64,000 nt of DNA from Candidatus Gottesmanbacteria bacterium. Lineage in GTDB: Bacteria; Patescibacteriota; Microgenomatia; UBA10105; UBA927. The stretch spans positions 2,057 to 66,056 of the forward strand of contig JAHFKN010000001.1 of the NCBI GenBank assembly GCA_023245355.1, given 5' to 3'. The notes under the pieces are model-generated. The model was not told the DNA's origin. It saw nothing but the letters and a program-made list of their open reading frames with translations, and made no database searches. Shown here piece after piece: positions 17,050 through 25,665 of this stretch (positions within the stretch are counted from its first letter, which is position 1; each line of letters opens with the position of its first letter). Position numbers and translations under genes: made by a program.

Positions 17050-18783
17050 ATGTCCCATTCACTTTCGCTCATTACTACGTTTCTGCTGCTTCTCTCTGCC
17101 GCATTGGGCGGGGGAGCAATCGCCGTACGGCTCAAACTTCCGTCCATCGTCGGCTACATCGCGGGAGGCATACTGGTCGGAAACATATTCTCCCGGGGAT
17201 TTGATCATCAGTTGATATCCATGATTGCGGAAGCCGGGGTGACGTTGCTTCTTTTTACCCTCGGCGTCGAGTTTTCGTTTCACAGGCTCAAACGCATACT
17301 TCATGCGATTTCCTGGCCGGCGATTGCACAGATGGTCATTACGCTGCTTGTTGTGCTGCTTTCGCTCATAGCGCTCAAGATTTCATTTATTCCGGCGCTT
17401 TTTCTCTCCAGTGCAGCCGCGCTTTCCTCGACGGCAATTGTCGTGAAGCTGTTGTCTGAACGCGGAGAACTTGATTCTATTCCGGGGGAACTGGCAACCG
17501 GCTGGCTTGTCATACAGGATCTTGCCGTCGTACCGATTCTGATTCTGTTGTCTGCGGTTTCGGGAGCCAGCGGACATGAAGGCACGGTTATGGCAGTGAT
17601 GGGAGCGGTATTACTGGCCATGCTTAAAGCAGGAGTTCTCGTCACGGTTGTGTTATATCTGGGGAGCCGGGGGGTACCGGCGCTTCTTGCCACTGTTGCG
17701 GGATTCCGGAACAGGGAATTTTTTCTGTTAACGACGATCGGCATCGTATTTTTCGTCGGATTGTTAACGTATGCCGTCGGTCTGTCAGTTTCATTGGGGG
17801 CATTTATTGCCGGATTGCTGGTTGCGGAAACCAGCCAAAATCACGCGGTGTTTGCCGAAATCCGTCCGCTTCGGGATTTATTTGCCGTCGTATTTTTTGT
17901 TTCACTGGGGATGGCGCTCCCGGTAAGCGCTCTGGTGAGTTCATTACCGGCCCTCGCGGTTATGACGGTTGCGGTGGTCGCAATAAAAGGCGGCAGCATC
18001 TACACGCTGCTCCGGTTTTTGGGGTATCACCGTAAAACTGCGTTTCTTGTCGGCATTTACTTAACACAGGTCAGTGAGTTTGGTTTTGTCATCGCCGGAA
18101 CGGGAGTTGCATTAGGTGCGCTCAACGAAAGTCAGTCATCGTTACTTATCGCCGTAACATTTATCACCATTCTCATTTCCAGTCCGATGATAAGCCGCGG
18201 CCACGAGCTGTATTATTTCGTTCATTCGCTTACCAGGCGTTTTCCGAAATTATTCCGGGATAGGGCTGAAGAAGCGCCGTTGGGCGGAAACGCGGACAAC
18301 GGATATCCGATCCGCGATCACGTCGTCATCTGCGGATACGGCAGGGTAGGCCGTTACATCGGTCGGGCGCTGCAGATGAGCAGTATTCCGTTTCTGGTTG
18401 TGGACTATAACCAGCATACCTTGGCAGGGTTGCGGGGGGCAGGAGTTCAGACGGTGTACGGAGATCCTGCAGATAAAGACGTGCTGGATTTTGCCCAAGT
18501 CGATTATGCCAAGGCAATTGTCATCGCTATTCCTGACCGTCATACGCAGGAAATGGTAATCGGGAATGCACTGTCGTTAAACCGCAGAATTAAAATCATC
18601 TGCAGGACGCACCATGAGGAGGATCAGCGGCATCTGAAATCTTTAGGGGTTCAGACGATAGTCCAGCCGGAATTTGAAGCGGCGCTTTCCATCGTTTCGA
18701 AATTACTTTCGGATTTCAATATTCCGGAGGAGGAAATGGCAGGGAAAATGAGCCGCCTCAAAATTGAACACGGGATAGGGTAA
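17050..18783 (+). CDS. CPA2 cation:proton antiporter with a TrkA-N/KTN domain (KefC/YbaL-like)
   Basis: LLLFTLGVE, SSTAIV, QDL, GAFIAG, SEFGFV; C-terminal GYGRVG Rossmann motif. Confidence 0.9.
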   Translation: MSHSLSLITTFLLLLSAALGGGAIAVRLKLPSIVGYIAGGILVGNIFSRGFDHQLISMIAEAGVTLLLFTLGVEFSFHRLKRILHAISWPAIAQMVITLLVVLLSLIALKISFIPALFLSSAAALSSTAIVVKLLSERGELDSIPGELATGWLVIQDLAVVPILILLSAVSGASGHEGTVMAVMGAVLLAMLKAGVLVTVVLYLGSRGVPALLATVAGFRNREFFLLTTIGIVFFVGLLTYAVGLSVSLGAFIAGLLVAETSQNHAVFAEIRPLRDLFAVVFFVSLGMALPVSALVSSLPALAVMTVAVVAIKGGSIYTLLRFLGYHRKTAFLVGIYLTQVSEFGFVIAGTGVALGALNESQSSLLIAVTFITILISSPMISRGHELYYFVHSLTRRFPKLFRDRAEEAPLGGNADNGYPIRDHVVICGYGRVGRYIGRALQMSSIPFLVVDYNQHTLAGLRGAGVQTVYGDPADKDVLDFAQVDYAKAIVIAIPDRHTQEMVIGNALSLNRRIKIICRTHHEEDQRHLKSLGVQTIVQPEFEAALSIVSKLLSDFNIPEEEMAGKMSRLKIEHGIG

Positions 18784-18792
18784 AATAGGCAG

Positions 18793-20010
18793 ATGAAACA
18801 GTTTTCCTTCACTTCTACCCAAACCGGGATTGCTGCAGGCGCACGGATGGGAACCATCGTTACCCCGCACGGAATTATCAACACACCGGCTTTCGTGCCG
18901 GTCGGCACACAAGCGACCGTCAAGTCACTTACCCCCGATGAGCTGAGTACACTCGGCGTTCAGTTGTTTTTCGTAAACACCTATCATACGTATTTGCGGC
19001 CGGGGCTTTCCGTGATCGGCTCATTCGGCGGGCTGCATGCATTTATGGGATGGAACGGACCGATCATTACCGATAGCGGCGGATTTCAGGTTTTTTCACT
19101 TGCACGGCCGAAATATAAACCGGCAGACAGGGACGAAGAGTCTGCCGCACTCGTAAAAATTACGGAAGACGGCGTATGGTTCCGGTCCCATTGGGACGGG
19201 AGCAAACATTTTTTCAGTCCTGAGTCGTCTATGGAATACCAGTGGACGCTGGGAAGCGATATTCATATCGCGTTTGACGAATGTACCCCGTATCCGGCCA
19301 CGCCCGCGTATGCCAGAAAAGCGATGGACAGAACGCACAGGTGGGCAGAGCGGTCGCTTATTGCGCATACGAAACTCTGGCAGTCCCATAAAAAAGAGGG
19401 GAAGCCGTATCAGGCGCTGTACGGGGTTGTACAGGGGAGTGTCTACGAAGATCTGCGTATTGAATCCGCCGAAAAAATTTCCGGAATGGACGTGGACGGA
19501 ATCGCAATCGGCGGTGTGTCGGTCGGAGAAAGTAAAGAAGAAATGAAGAACGTGCTGCAGTGGGTTACTCCGCATTTGCCCCACGATAAACCCCGTCATT
19601 TATTAGGCGTCGGGGAGATAGACGATATTTTCGTACTTGTTGAGCACGGTATGGATACGTTTGACTGCGTGCAGCCGACCAGGCTTGCCCGTATGGGGAA
19701 ACTGTATGTGCCTCCGAATAAGGTTCATACCGGTACACGGGACGGATACATGATCGACATTACCGGCAAAGAATATGCCTGCGATACAAGTCCCGTACAG
19801 GCCGGGTGCGGTTGTTTTACCTGCACGCATTTTTCACGGGCGTATATCCATCATCTGTTCCGCGTTCGCGAACTGCTTTCCTACCGGTTGGCATCGATTC
19901 ATAATATTCATTTCGTAACCGAACTTGTTTCTTCCATTCGTGAGTCGCTAGGGAAGGGGACGTTCCTTGAAATGAAACAACAGTGGCTTTACAATAACCA
20001 TACGTATTAA
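18793..20010 (+). CDS. tgt: Queuine tRNA-ribosyltransferase
   Basis: TPAFVPVGT, NTYH, TDSGGFQVFSL, FDEC, QG, DTFDCV.PTR, CGCFTC..H zinc site. Confidence 0.96.
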   Translation: MKQFSFTSTQTGIAAGARMGTIVTPHGIINTPAFVPVGTQATVKSLTPDELSTLGVQLFFVNTYHTYLRPGLSVIGSFGGLHAFMGWNGPIITDSGGFQVFSLARPKYKPADRDEESAALVKITEDGVWFRSHWDGSKHFFSPESSMEYQWTLGSDIHIAFDECTPYPATPAYARKAMDRTHRWAERSLIAHTKLWQSHKKEGKPYQALYGVVQGSVYEDLRIESAEKISGMDVDGIAIGGVSVGESKEEMKNVLQWVTPHLPHDKPRHLLGVGEIDDIFVLVEHGMDTFDCVQPTRLARMGKLYVPPNKVHTGTRDGYMIDITGKEYACDTSPVQAGCGCFTCTHFSRAYIHHLFRVRELLSYRLASIHNIHFVTELVSSIRESLGKGTFLEMKQQWLYNNHTY

Positions 20011-20086
20011 TGAGTTCTATTTTGGAGGATTAGGATAACGGGATCAGGCATACGTATGTCTGATTTCGAAGTTCTACTACCGGGGT

Positions 20087-20233
20087 ATGGGTCAATTCGG
20101 CGGTTACTACAAAGGCGATAAGAAAAAAGCGAAGAAAAAGGATTTGGAGAAAAAGGCGCAGAAACAATTATCCGGCGGCTCATGGCAACTTCCTCAGGTC
20201 GAGATAATTAAAAAAGGAAAAAAAGAGTGGTGA
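20087..20233 (+). CDS. Small lysine-rich protein (48 aa)
   Basis: Manual translation MGQFGGYYKGDKKKAKKKDLEKKAQKQLSGGSWQLPQVEIIKKGKKEW. Fills the gap after tgt; below the ORF-track cutoff. Confidence 0.6.
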   Translation: MGQFGGYYKGDKKKAKKKDLEKKAQKQLSGGSWQLPQVEIIKKGKKEW

Positions 20234-20258
20234 CATTCGCCACGCATCCATCCCTGCC

Positions 20259-21221
20259 ATGAGAAACCGTACGCCACCACAGATGCGCCGGGCGGGCCGC
20301 TTGGTGCCGAAATTGATGATCGGCGCTTTTTCGTTTGTGATTGTCGTGTTGGCGGTTCTGTGGCTTCGTGTGGTGTCCCAGTCGGCGCCGTACCGGCAGA
20401 CCATCGTGATAGCCGGAAATCCTACCCATATCCTTTCCCTCAATGCCGCTAAAACCGGCATTATTCTTATCGACGTGCCGGAGGAAACCGTTATTTCGGC
20501 AGTGAAAGGCTATGGCGCGTATTCCATCCGTTCACTGACGACGCTCGATACGATAGATAAACACCGGGGGTCACTTGTTTCCGGCAGTATCAGTAATGCG
20601 TTCGGCATACCCGTTTCATGGTATGTGGCTCCGGGCGATCTGTCTTCCGGCGCGGGTTCCGTCGAGATGATACGGCGCGTATTTTCCTGGGGCAGTATCG
20701 TTCGTCGCATAAGCGGAAAGCTGGAAACCACCATACCGATGCCTACCTGGATACATTTTGTGTGGGCGCTCCGGTTTATCCCGGCCGATGCCGTAAAAAT
20801 TATCGATATCCAGCCGGCAATTGTGCCTCTCCCGTCTCCCGACGGGGGACTTGTCATGACGCTGGACGAAAGCAAGCTGGATTTTCTGCTTCAGAACGAA
20901 GTATATGACACCGGTCTCCGCGCGGAAAATCTGACCGTTGCCGTCTATAACACGACGGATGTGGCATCCATAGGGCTTCGTGCGTCACGACAGCTTTCCA
21001 GGCTGGGCGTGCAATTGGTATTTGTTGGCAACGCAGATCAGACACCGCTGACGGCGTGCGTCCTGAGCGGGACGGATACGGCGATGAAATCGAAAACTGC
21101 GAAATTTATCCGTTCATATTTCCGTTGTACAGAAGCCAAGGAACGCAGTCAGACCGGCAAGGAAACAGGGGCGGATCTTGTGGTGGAGTTAGGATCGGAC
21201 TACGCTGCCCAGTATAAATAA
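20259..21221 (+). CDS. LCP-like protein with a LytR C-terminal domain
   Basis: N-terminal TM helix; C-terminal VAVYNTT...G.....L...G.....VGNA...DLVVELGSDY. Confidence 0.7.
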   Translation: MRNRTPPQMRRAGRLVPKLMIGAFSFVIVVLAVLWLRVVSQSAPYRQTIVIAGNPTHILSLNAAKTGIILIDVPEETVISAVKGYGAYSIRSLTTLDTIDKHRGSLVSGSISNAFGIPVSWYVAPGDLSSGAGSVEMIRRVFSWGSIVRRISGKLETTIPMPTWIHFVWALRFIPADAVKIIDIQPAIVPLPSPDGGLVMTLDESKLDFLLQNEVYDTGLRAENLTVAVYNTTDVASIGLRASRQLSRLGVQLVFVGNADQTPLTACVLSGTDTAMKSKTAKFIRSYFRCTEAKERSQTGKETGADLVVELGSDYAAQYK

Positions 21222-21238
21222 GGAGAGGTAAAGAACTG

Positions 21239-21952
21239 TTATTCTTCGTTTTCAGCCTCTTTGGGTTCTGCCTCTGCATCGGTTGCGTCATCGCCGCGTT
21301 CTGACCGGGTAAACGGTACATACATGGCGGAACTTGCAAATGACGGTTGGGTTGCAAAGCGTTTGCCGCGTGAAAGTTCCCGTAAAAATACCGTGACCGT
21401 ATTTTTCCCGACCGATTTTACCAGCGCCTGATAGGTGTTTCCGACTGCCAGAAATTTGATAAGCCGGAATGAAAGATCATCAGGTAACGCAGCCAGATAC
21501 GTATTGGAAGAACTGCGTACCTCTACGACGTGATTTCTGGCTTTGAGCTCGACTTCCTCGCCGGGGAATACGGTTGCCAGCGCTGCCATGGGAGCGGCGT
21601 TGACACATTCGACGATTTTTGTTTTCCCGGGCTCTTCCAAAAACGACATGGGAACGACCTGATTTTTGTGTGTTTTTACCAGATCTTTTTGCCGTACGGT
21701 TCCTAATTTTTTCAGATTTTTGATGGCGATCTGGTTGTATTCGTCGAGTTTGGTCACTTTAAGGTACGTTTTTTTGGCGAGTGCTACGTCTCCGCTCTGA
21801 AGATAGGCGAATCCGAGGCGGTTTAGGAGGCTTATATTATTTTTATCGTTCTTAAGAAGCGCTACGTTGATGCGGATTGCCTCTTTCCAATCCTGGGCAA
21901 GGGCAGCGTTAATCGCTGACTGGTCGGAAATTATATCATCGCTCATGGTCAT
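21239..21952 (-). CDS. TPR-repeat protein
   Basis: WKEAI..N..LL..D..N..LLNRLGFAY...G....A...Y..V..LD.YN.IA. Start at MTMSDD. Confidence 0.8.
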   Translation of the reverse strand: MTMSDDIISDQSAINAALAQDWKEAIRINVALLKNDKNNISLLNRLGFAYLQSGDVALAKKTYLKVTKLDEYNQIAIKNLKKLGTVRQKDLVKTHKNQVVPMSFLEEPGKTKIVECVNAAPMAALATVFPGEEVELKARNHVVEVRSSSNTYLAALPDDLSFRLIKFLAVGNTYQALVKSVGKNTVTVFLRELSRGKRFATQPSFASSAMYVPFTRSERGDDATDAEAEPKEAENEE

Positions 21953-22010
21953 GAACTGTACCAGAGTTTCTTGAGAATTGTCAATACAGAAGATACAATA
22001 GTGAACGGTT

Positions 22011-22730
22011 ATGAGCGGACATTCCAAGTGGAGTAAAGTAAAACATCAGAAGGCGACTACCGATGCGGTAAAAAGCCGTGCGTTTACCAAAGCCTCGCGT
22101 GCTATTACCGTGTCCGTCCGGGAAGGCGGGGGGATTGCGGACCCGGATAAAAACTTCCGTCTGCGTCTTGCCGTCGAGCAGGCGAAGGCGGTTAATATGC
22201 CCAAAGATACGATAGAGCGCGCCATAGAAAAAGGGGCCGGATCAGGGGCCGCTGCATTTGAAAATTTATTGTACGAGGGGTATGGGTTGGGCGGGGTCGC
22301 ATATCTTGTGGAGGCGGCAACCGATAATCATCAGCGCACGGCGTCCGAGGTAAAACATGTGTTTGATCATGCAGGGGGAGTGCTGGCAACCCCGGGAGCA
22401 GTCAGTTACCAATTTAAACGCAGCGGTGTCGTGCTGGTGTCCAAAGAACTCCGTACGTTCGATATGATATTTGAAGCAGCGCTTGTTGCAGGAGCAGATG
22501 ACGTGATAGAGGTGGATGATGTGTTTGAAGTGTATACAAAGGCTGCACAATTATCGAACGTAAAACAACAGCTGGAATCCAAAGGAATCAGTATCGAACA
22601 CACAGGGTTTATCATGAAGGCAGATATCACGGTGAAACCGGATTCCGGCATCCGGCAAAAGAATGAATTGTTGGTAGAAGCATTGGAATCTTTGGATGAT
22701 GTACAAAATGTGTACACAACGATGGAATAG
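22011..22730 (+). CDS. yebC: YebC/PmpR family protein
   Basis: MSGHSKWSKVKH, NMPKD.IERAI, YEGYG, TDN..RT, LDDVQNVY. Confidence 0.97.
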   Translation: MSGHSKWSKVKHQKATTDAVKSRAFTKASRAITVSVREGGGIADPDKNFRLRLAVEQAKAVNMPKDTIERAIEKGAGSGAAAFENLLYEGYGLGGVAYLVEAATDNHQRTASEVKHVFDHAGGVLATPGAVSYQFKRSGVVLVSKELRTFDMIFEAALVAGADDVIEVDDVFEVYTKAAQLSNVKQQLESKGISIEHTGFIMKADITVKPDSGIRQKNELLVEALESLDDVQNVYTTME

Positions 22731-22760
22731 CGTTTTGTCATACAATAGGGGAATACCACT

Positions 22761-23600
22761 ATGTTTAACACGCTCTGGCAGCACATTCTGAAACGGTTTA
22801 AGCGGTGGGACAGGACCCAGCCGTTTACCAAGCGGCAGCAATTCGTCATCATAACCGGAGCCCTTACCGCGGTTCTTATGCTTACACAATTGGTGCCGCT
22901 GGATTTTCGGTATCCGATGGTCGGCGTGCTGGCCGTATTAAGTTATGTACTCTGCGCATTTGGTTTGCGTGAGGACCTCAAGGGCCATGAATGGGCGACC
23001 CTTCTTATTTTGCCGTCATTATTTACGGCGGCGGTTGCCGTGTTTTATTTTCTGCTGCCGACCCGGTGGCTTACCAGGTTGCCGATCGTAGGGCTGTATG
23101 CCGTCGGCATGTATGCATTGCTGTTGACCGAAAATATTTATAATGTAGCGGCTGCCCGTACGATTGCATTGCTCCGGGCTGCACATTCCGTCGGTTTTCT
23201 ACTGACATTAGCCACATTTTTCCTGCTGGTGCAGACCATACTGGCATACCGTTTTTCCGGGTGGGTGAATGCACTGCTTGTCGGGGCAGTCACGTATCCT
23301 TTGACAATTCAGATTTTATGGGCAACCAATTTGGAAACACAAATAGGGAAGTCAGTGAAGGAATTGACGCTGGTTGTTACTCTGGTCTGTATCGAAATAG
23401 CCTGGATATTTTCGCTTTGGCCTGTCAGAACGACACTTCTGGCACTTTTCCTGACGACAATTTTTTACGGCCTGGTAGGGATGGGTCAGCAGTACCTTTC
23501 GGACCGGCTCTATAAACGGACCGTATGGGAATTCTTCGGCGTTGTTGCAATTGTATTTGCAATTTTGCTTCTGACGATCAATTGGCGCGCCGCTCTTTGA
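22761..23600 (+). CDS. Conserved polytopic membrane protein
   Basis: 279 aa with about 9 hydrophobic segments and LTENIYNVA..RTI.LLRAA. Confidence 0.75.
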   Translation: MFNTLWQHILKRFKRWDRTQPFTKRQQFVIITGALTAVLMLTQLVPLDFRYPMVGVLAVLSYVLCAFGLREDLKGHEWATLLILPSLFTAAVAVFYFLLPTRWLTRLPIVGLYAVGMYALLLTENIYNVAAARTIALLRAAHSVGFLLTLATFFLLVQTILAYRFSGWVNALLVGAVTYPLTIQILWATNLETQIGKSVKELTLVVTLVCIEIAWIFSLWPVRTTLLALFLTTIFYGLVGMGQQYLSDRLYKRTVWEFFGVVAIVFAILLLTINWRAAL

Positions 23601-23607
23601 TTCTATA

Positions 23608-24358
23608 TAGCCTCAGAACGCGGGGAGTGGGAGAGTGGTAGGGTTTGATATAGTTGATATAGTTTGATACATGTCTATAAAACTATAGGATACAATGTGG
23701 ATAATTATTTTCACGGCGTTTGAGCACTATTTTCACAGCTTCGAGTTAGCCTCAACGACAGCTAAACTATAGGGTATAGCACTCCACTGTATGTCAGCCT
23801 CATCCAGCCTCGCGCAGCTTCATACCCGCTCCCTTGAGTACACAATGTGTGCGATAAAATAGCTATTTGGATTGTTGTTATGCGCTAAACTCGATATACT
23901 CCTGTGTCCGGAGTAGTGAATATCAGCCTCAAATATATGAGTTTGGAGCATAATGAGGCGCTAAATAAAGCCGAAAAGAAAACAGGCCTGGCAGTAGAGC
24001 CTGGTAAACGCTAATACCAGCCTCATATATCCCTCCGGTGAGGCATGGAGGTGCGCACGAAATAGCGTAAATGGATCGTTGTCACGCTCTATTCTCGTTA
24101 TCTACCGGCAGGAATAATATATGTATTTAGCCTCGAAAATAATAGTATGGAGCATATTAATGCGCTAAATTGCGACGTCTCGCATACAAGGCTCCGCCGC
24201 GGAGTAGGTTATCAGCCTCGAAAATGTGTAATCAGCGCATTAATACGCGCTATCTGTGACTAGCATAAAAAACCCGAATGCCCGTTCAGAACGAAGCGCA
24301 GTGCGCATCAAAGTATGCCGCCGGCAGAGCACCGGGTTTATCGCGCAGCATAGCCTCA
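23608..24358 (+). repeat. Cluster of nine co-oriented YAGCCTCR octamers within degenerate ~100-bp units
   Basis: AGCCTC cores at 23609, 23748, 23796, 23806, 23925, 24019, 24129, 24214 and 24352, all in YAGCCTCR context on +. GCGCTAAA recurs at 23882, 23958 and 24162. Confidence 0.85.
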
Positions 24359-24480
24359 CTTTAGGCGCATCACGGGGAGAGGCACCCCGTTCTTCTCCGC
24401 ATAGGTTACCCGGAGTTATATATACATATTTCTTACCCCGGGGTTTCCGGCAAATCCCTGGCAGGGCAGAAAAATCACTG

Positions 24481-24508
24481 TAGTCGCACAATAATACTTT
24501 TGCGACGT
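24481..24508. other. dif-like Xer recombination site (11-6-11)
   Basis: TAGTCGCACAA-TAATAC-TTTTGCGACGT: imperfect inverted arms around a 6-bp spacer. The left arm resembles the E. coli XerC arm GGTGCGCATAA. Lies 1.2 kb from a xer gene. Confidence 0.6.
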
Positions 24509-24813
24509 ATACAACGAGCGTGTGCCTGGCTGGCTCATTTGGCTTGCTTTGCATATCGATGGTATTTCGTGTCTTTTACATAAGAAATATTCATTGTTTC
24601 GTGCCATGTATTTTTACTATTCCTCTGCGAATGTGTCCGCCTTATCTTTTCGTTTCTCAGGGGTTTGTTACCCTGTATATTTGTTACCTGTTTTCAAAGA
24701 TTTTCTTGTCCGGAAAACCCGATTGGTTCTCCGTAGCTATTTTGAGTTGATGAATGATACGTCTTACGATAATCAGGGGCCTTCCAGGTCACTACAGAGG
24801 CGTAAAATTGAGG

Positions 24814-25512
24814 CTAAATTCGCGAGAATTGATAGGTGTCCAACATGGCGGTTTTTGAAGGACTTGCGCCTGCATTCATCGTTACCAATGAAACGTTTTT
24901 TGCCGTGTATGGCCCGATGATTATGTCTTTCATTTCCTGTAGCTTTTTAAGGAATTCCGGTGATGGTTTATGGGTATACCGGCACACGGTTATATTGGCA
25001 AACATGATTTCATCGGTAAAGTATTTTTTGTCATCGGATACGCCGGCATCCGTAAGCCGTCTACGGAAATCCCTGATGAACTTGTCATATTCAGGGCGTA
25101 TCAATGCCATAAGTAAAACACTTGTCGGCATGCTCAAAAGACCCGCAAGAGCAAATTCAAACGGTCCTGCCGGGGGCGTAATTTCCGTGAGTATCCGCTG
25201 TACTTTGGATATATCTGACGCGCTAAAATGCGGCGGATTGTTGATGACCCTGATATTTTGAATTGTCAGATGAAGCGCATTATCGGGATAATAATAAAAT
25301 TCAGGTTCAAGTTCCTGAAGCGGCCGGATTATCTGCGTTTGGATTGCTGCAGTGAGATCTTTATCGATAAAGGTAACGCATGTTAATGCAATCTGCGGGT
25401 CGTTCCTGTAATCCGTCTGCATAGGAACGATGGTTGATTCATGGCTGCCGGAGGCAAGTGTAGCCTCCATTTGGCGCATCAGAGCAAGCTGTTTTTGTTG
25501 AAATGGCGTCAC
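24814..25512 (-). CDS. 2H-phosphoesterase (2'-5' RNA ligase-like) protein
   Basis: LHLTI first motif; the second motif is degenerate (ANITV). GTG start. Confidence 0.6.
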   Translation of the reverse strand: MTPFQQKQLALMRQMEATLASGSHESTIVPMQTDYRNDPQIALTCVTFIDKDLTAAIQTQIIRPLQELEPEFYYYPDNALHLTIQNIRVINNPPHFSASDISKVQRILTEITPPAGPFEFALAGLLSMPTSVLLMALIRPEYDKFIRDFRRRLTDAGVSDDKKYFTDEIMFANITVCRYTHKPSPEFLKKLQEMKDIIIGPYTAKNVSLVTMNAGASPSKTAMLDTYQFSRI

Positions 25513-25545
25513 TATATCATTCTAGCATATTGACAACACATACTG

Positions 25546-25655
25546 ATGTCGCACATCATGGATTGTAGCGACGTTTATTAAACGTTCGTACAATCCGTCG
25601 CTATTGTTGCGACGTCTTTATGGACGTACGCAAAATAGCTTTTGTAAGGACGTCT
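25546..25655. promoter_or_regulatory. Palindromic array of GCGACGT-like half-sites upstream of xer
   Basis: Inverted repeats 25560-25596 and 25600-25639; repeated GCGACGT/GTCGCA/GGACGT motifs; TTGACA at 25530. Confidence 0.55.
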
Positions 25656-25665
25656 AAATACCTTT

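Noticed and set aside
23620-23643. MraZ-type GTGG boxes
   Set aside because: The spacing is not the 10-bp period and no mraZ/dcw cluster follows.
23640-23740. oriC (perfect DnaA box TGTGGATAA at 23696-23704 next to TTGATATAG repeats)
   Set aside because: Only one perfect box, no dnaA or dnaN nearby, and the xer gene, dif-like site and convergent gene blocks fit a terminus better. It cannot be fully excluded without GC-skew analysis.
23601-24400. CRISPR array
   Set aside because: The repeats are only 8-bp cores with irregular spacing (10-139 bp). There is no 23-47-bp conserved repeat and no cas gene in the window.
24240-24920. Short ORFs in the non-coding region (24240-24554, 24520-24750, 24522-24920)
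   Set aside because: No recognisable motifs, mostly non-ATG starts, mutual overlap, and they cross the dif-like site.
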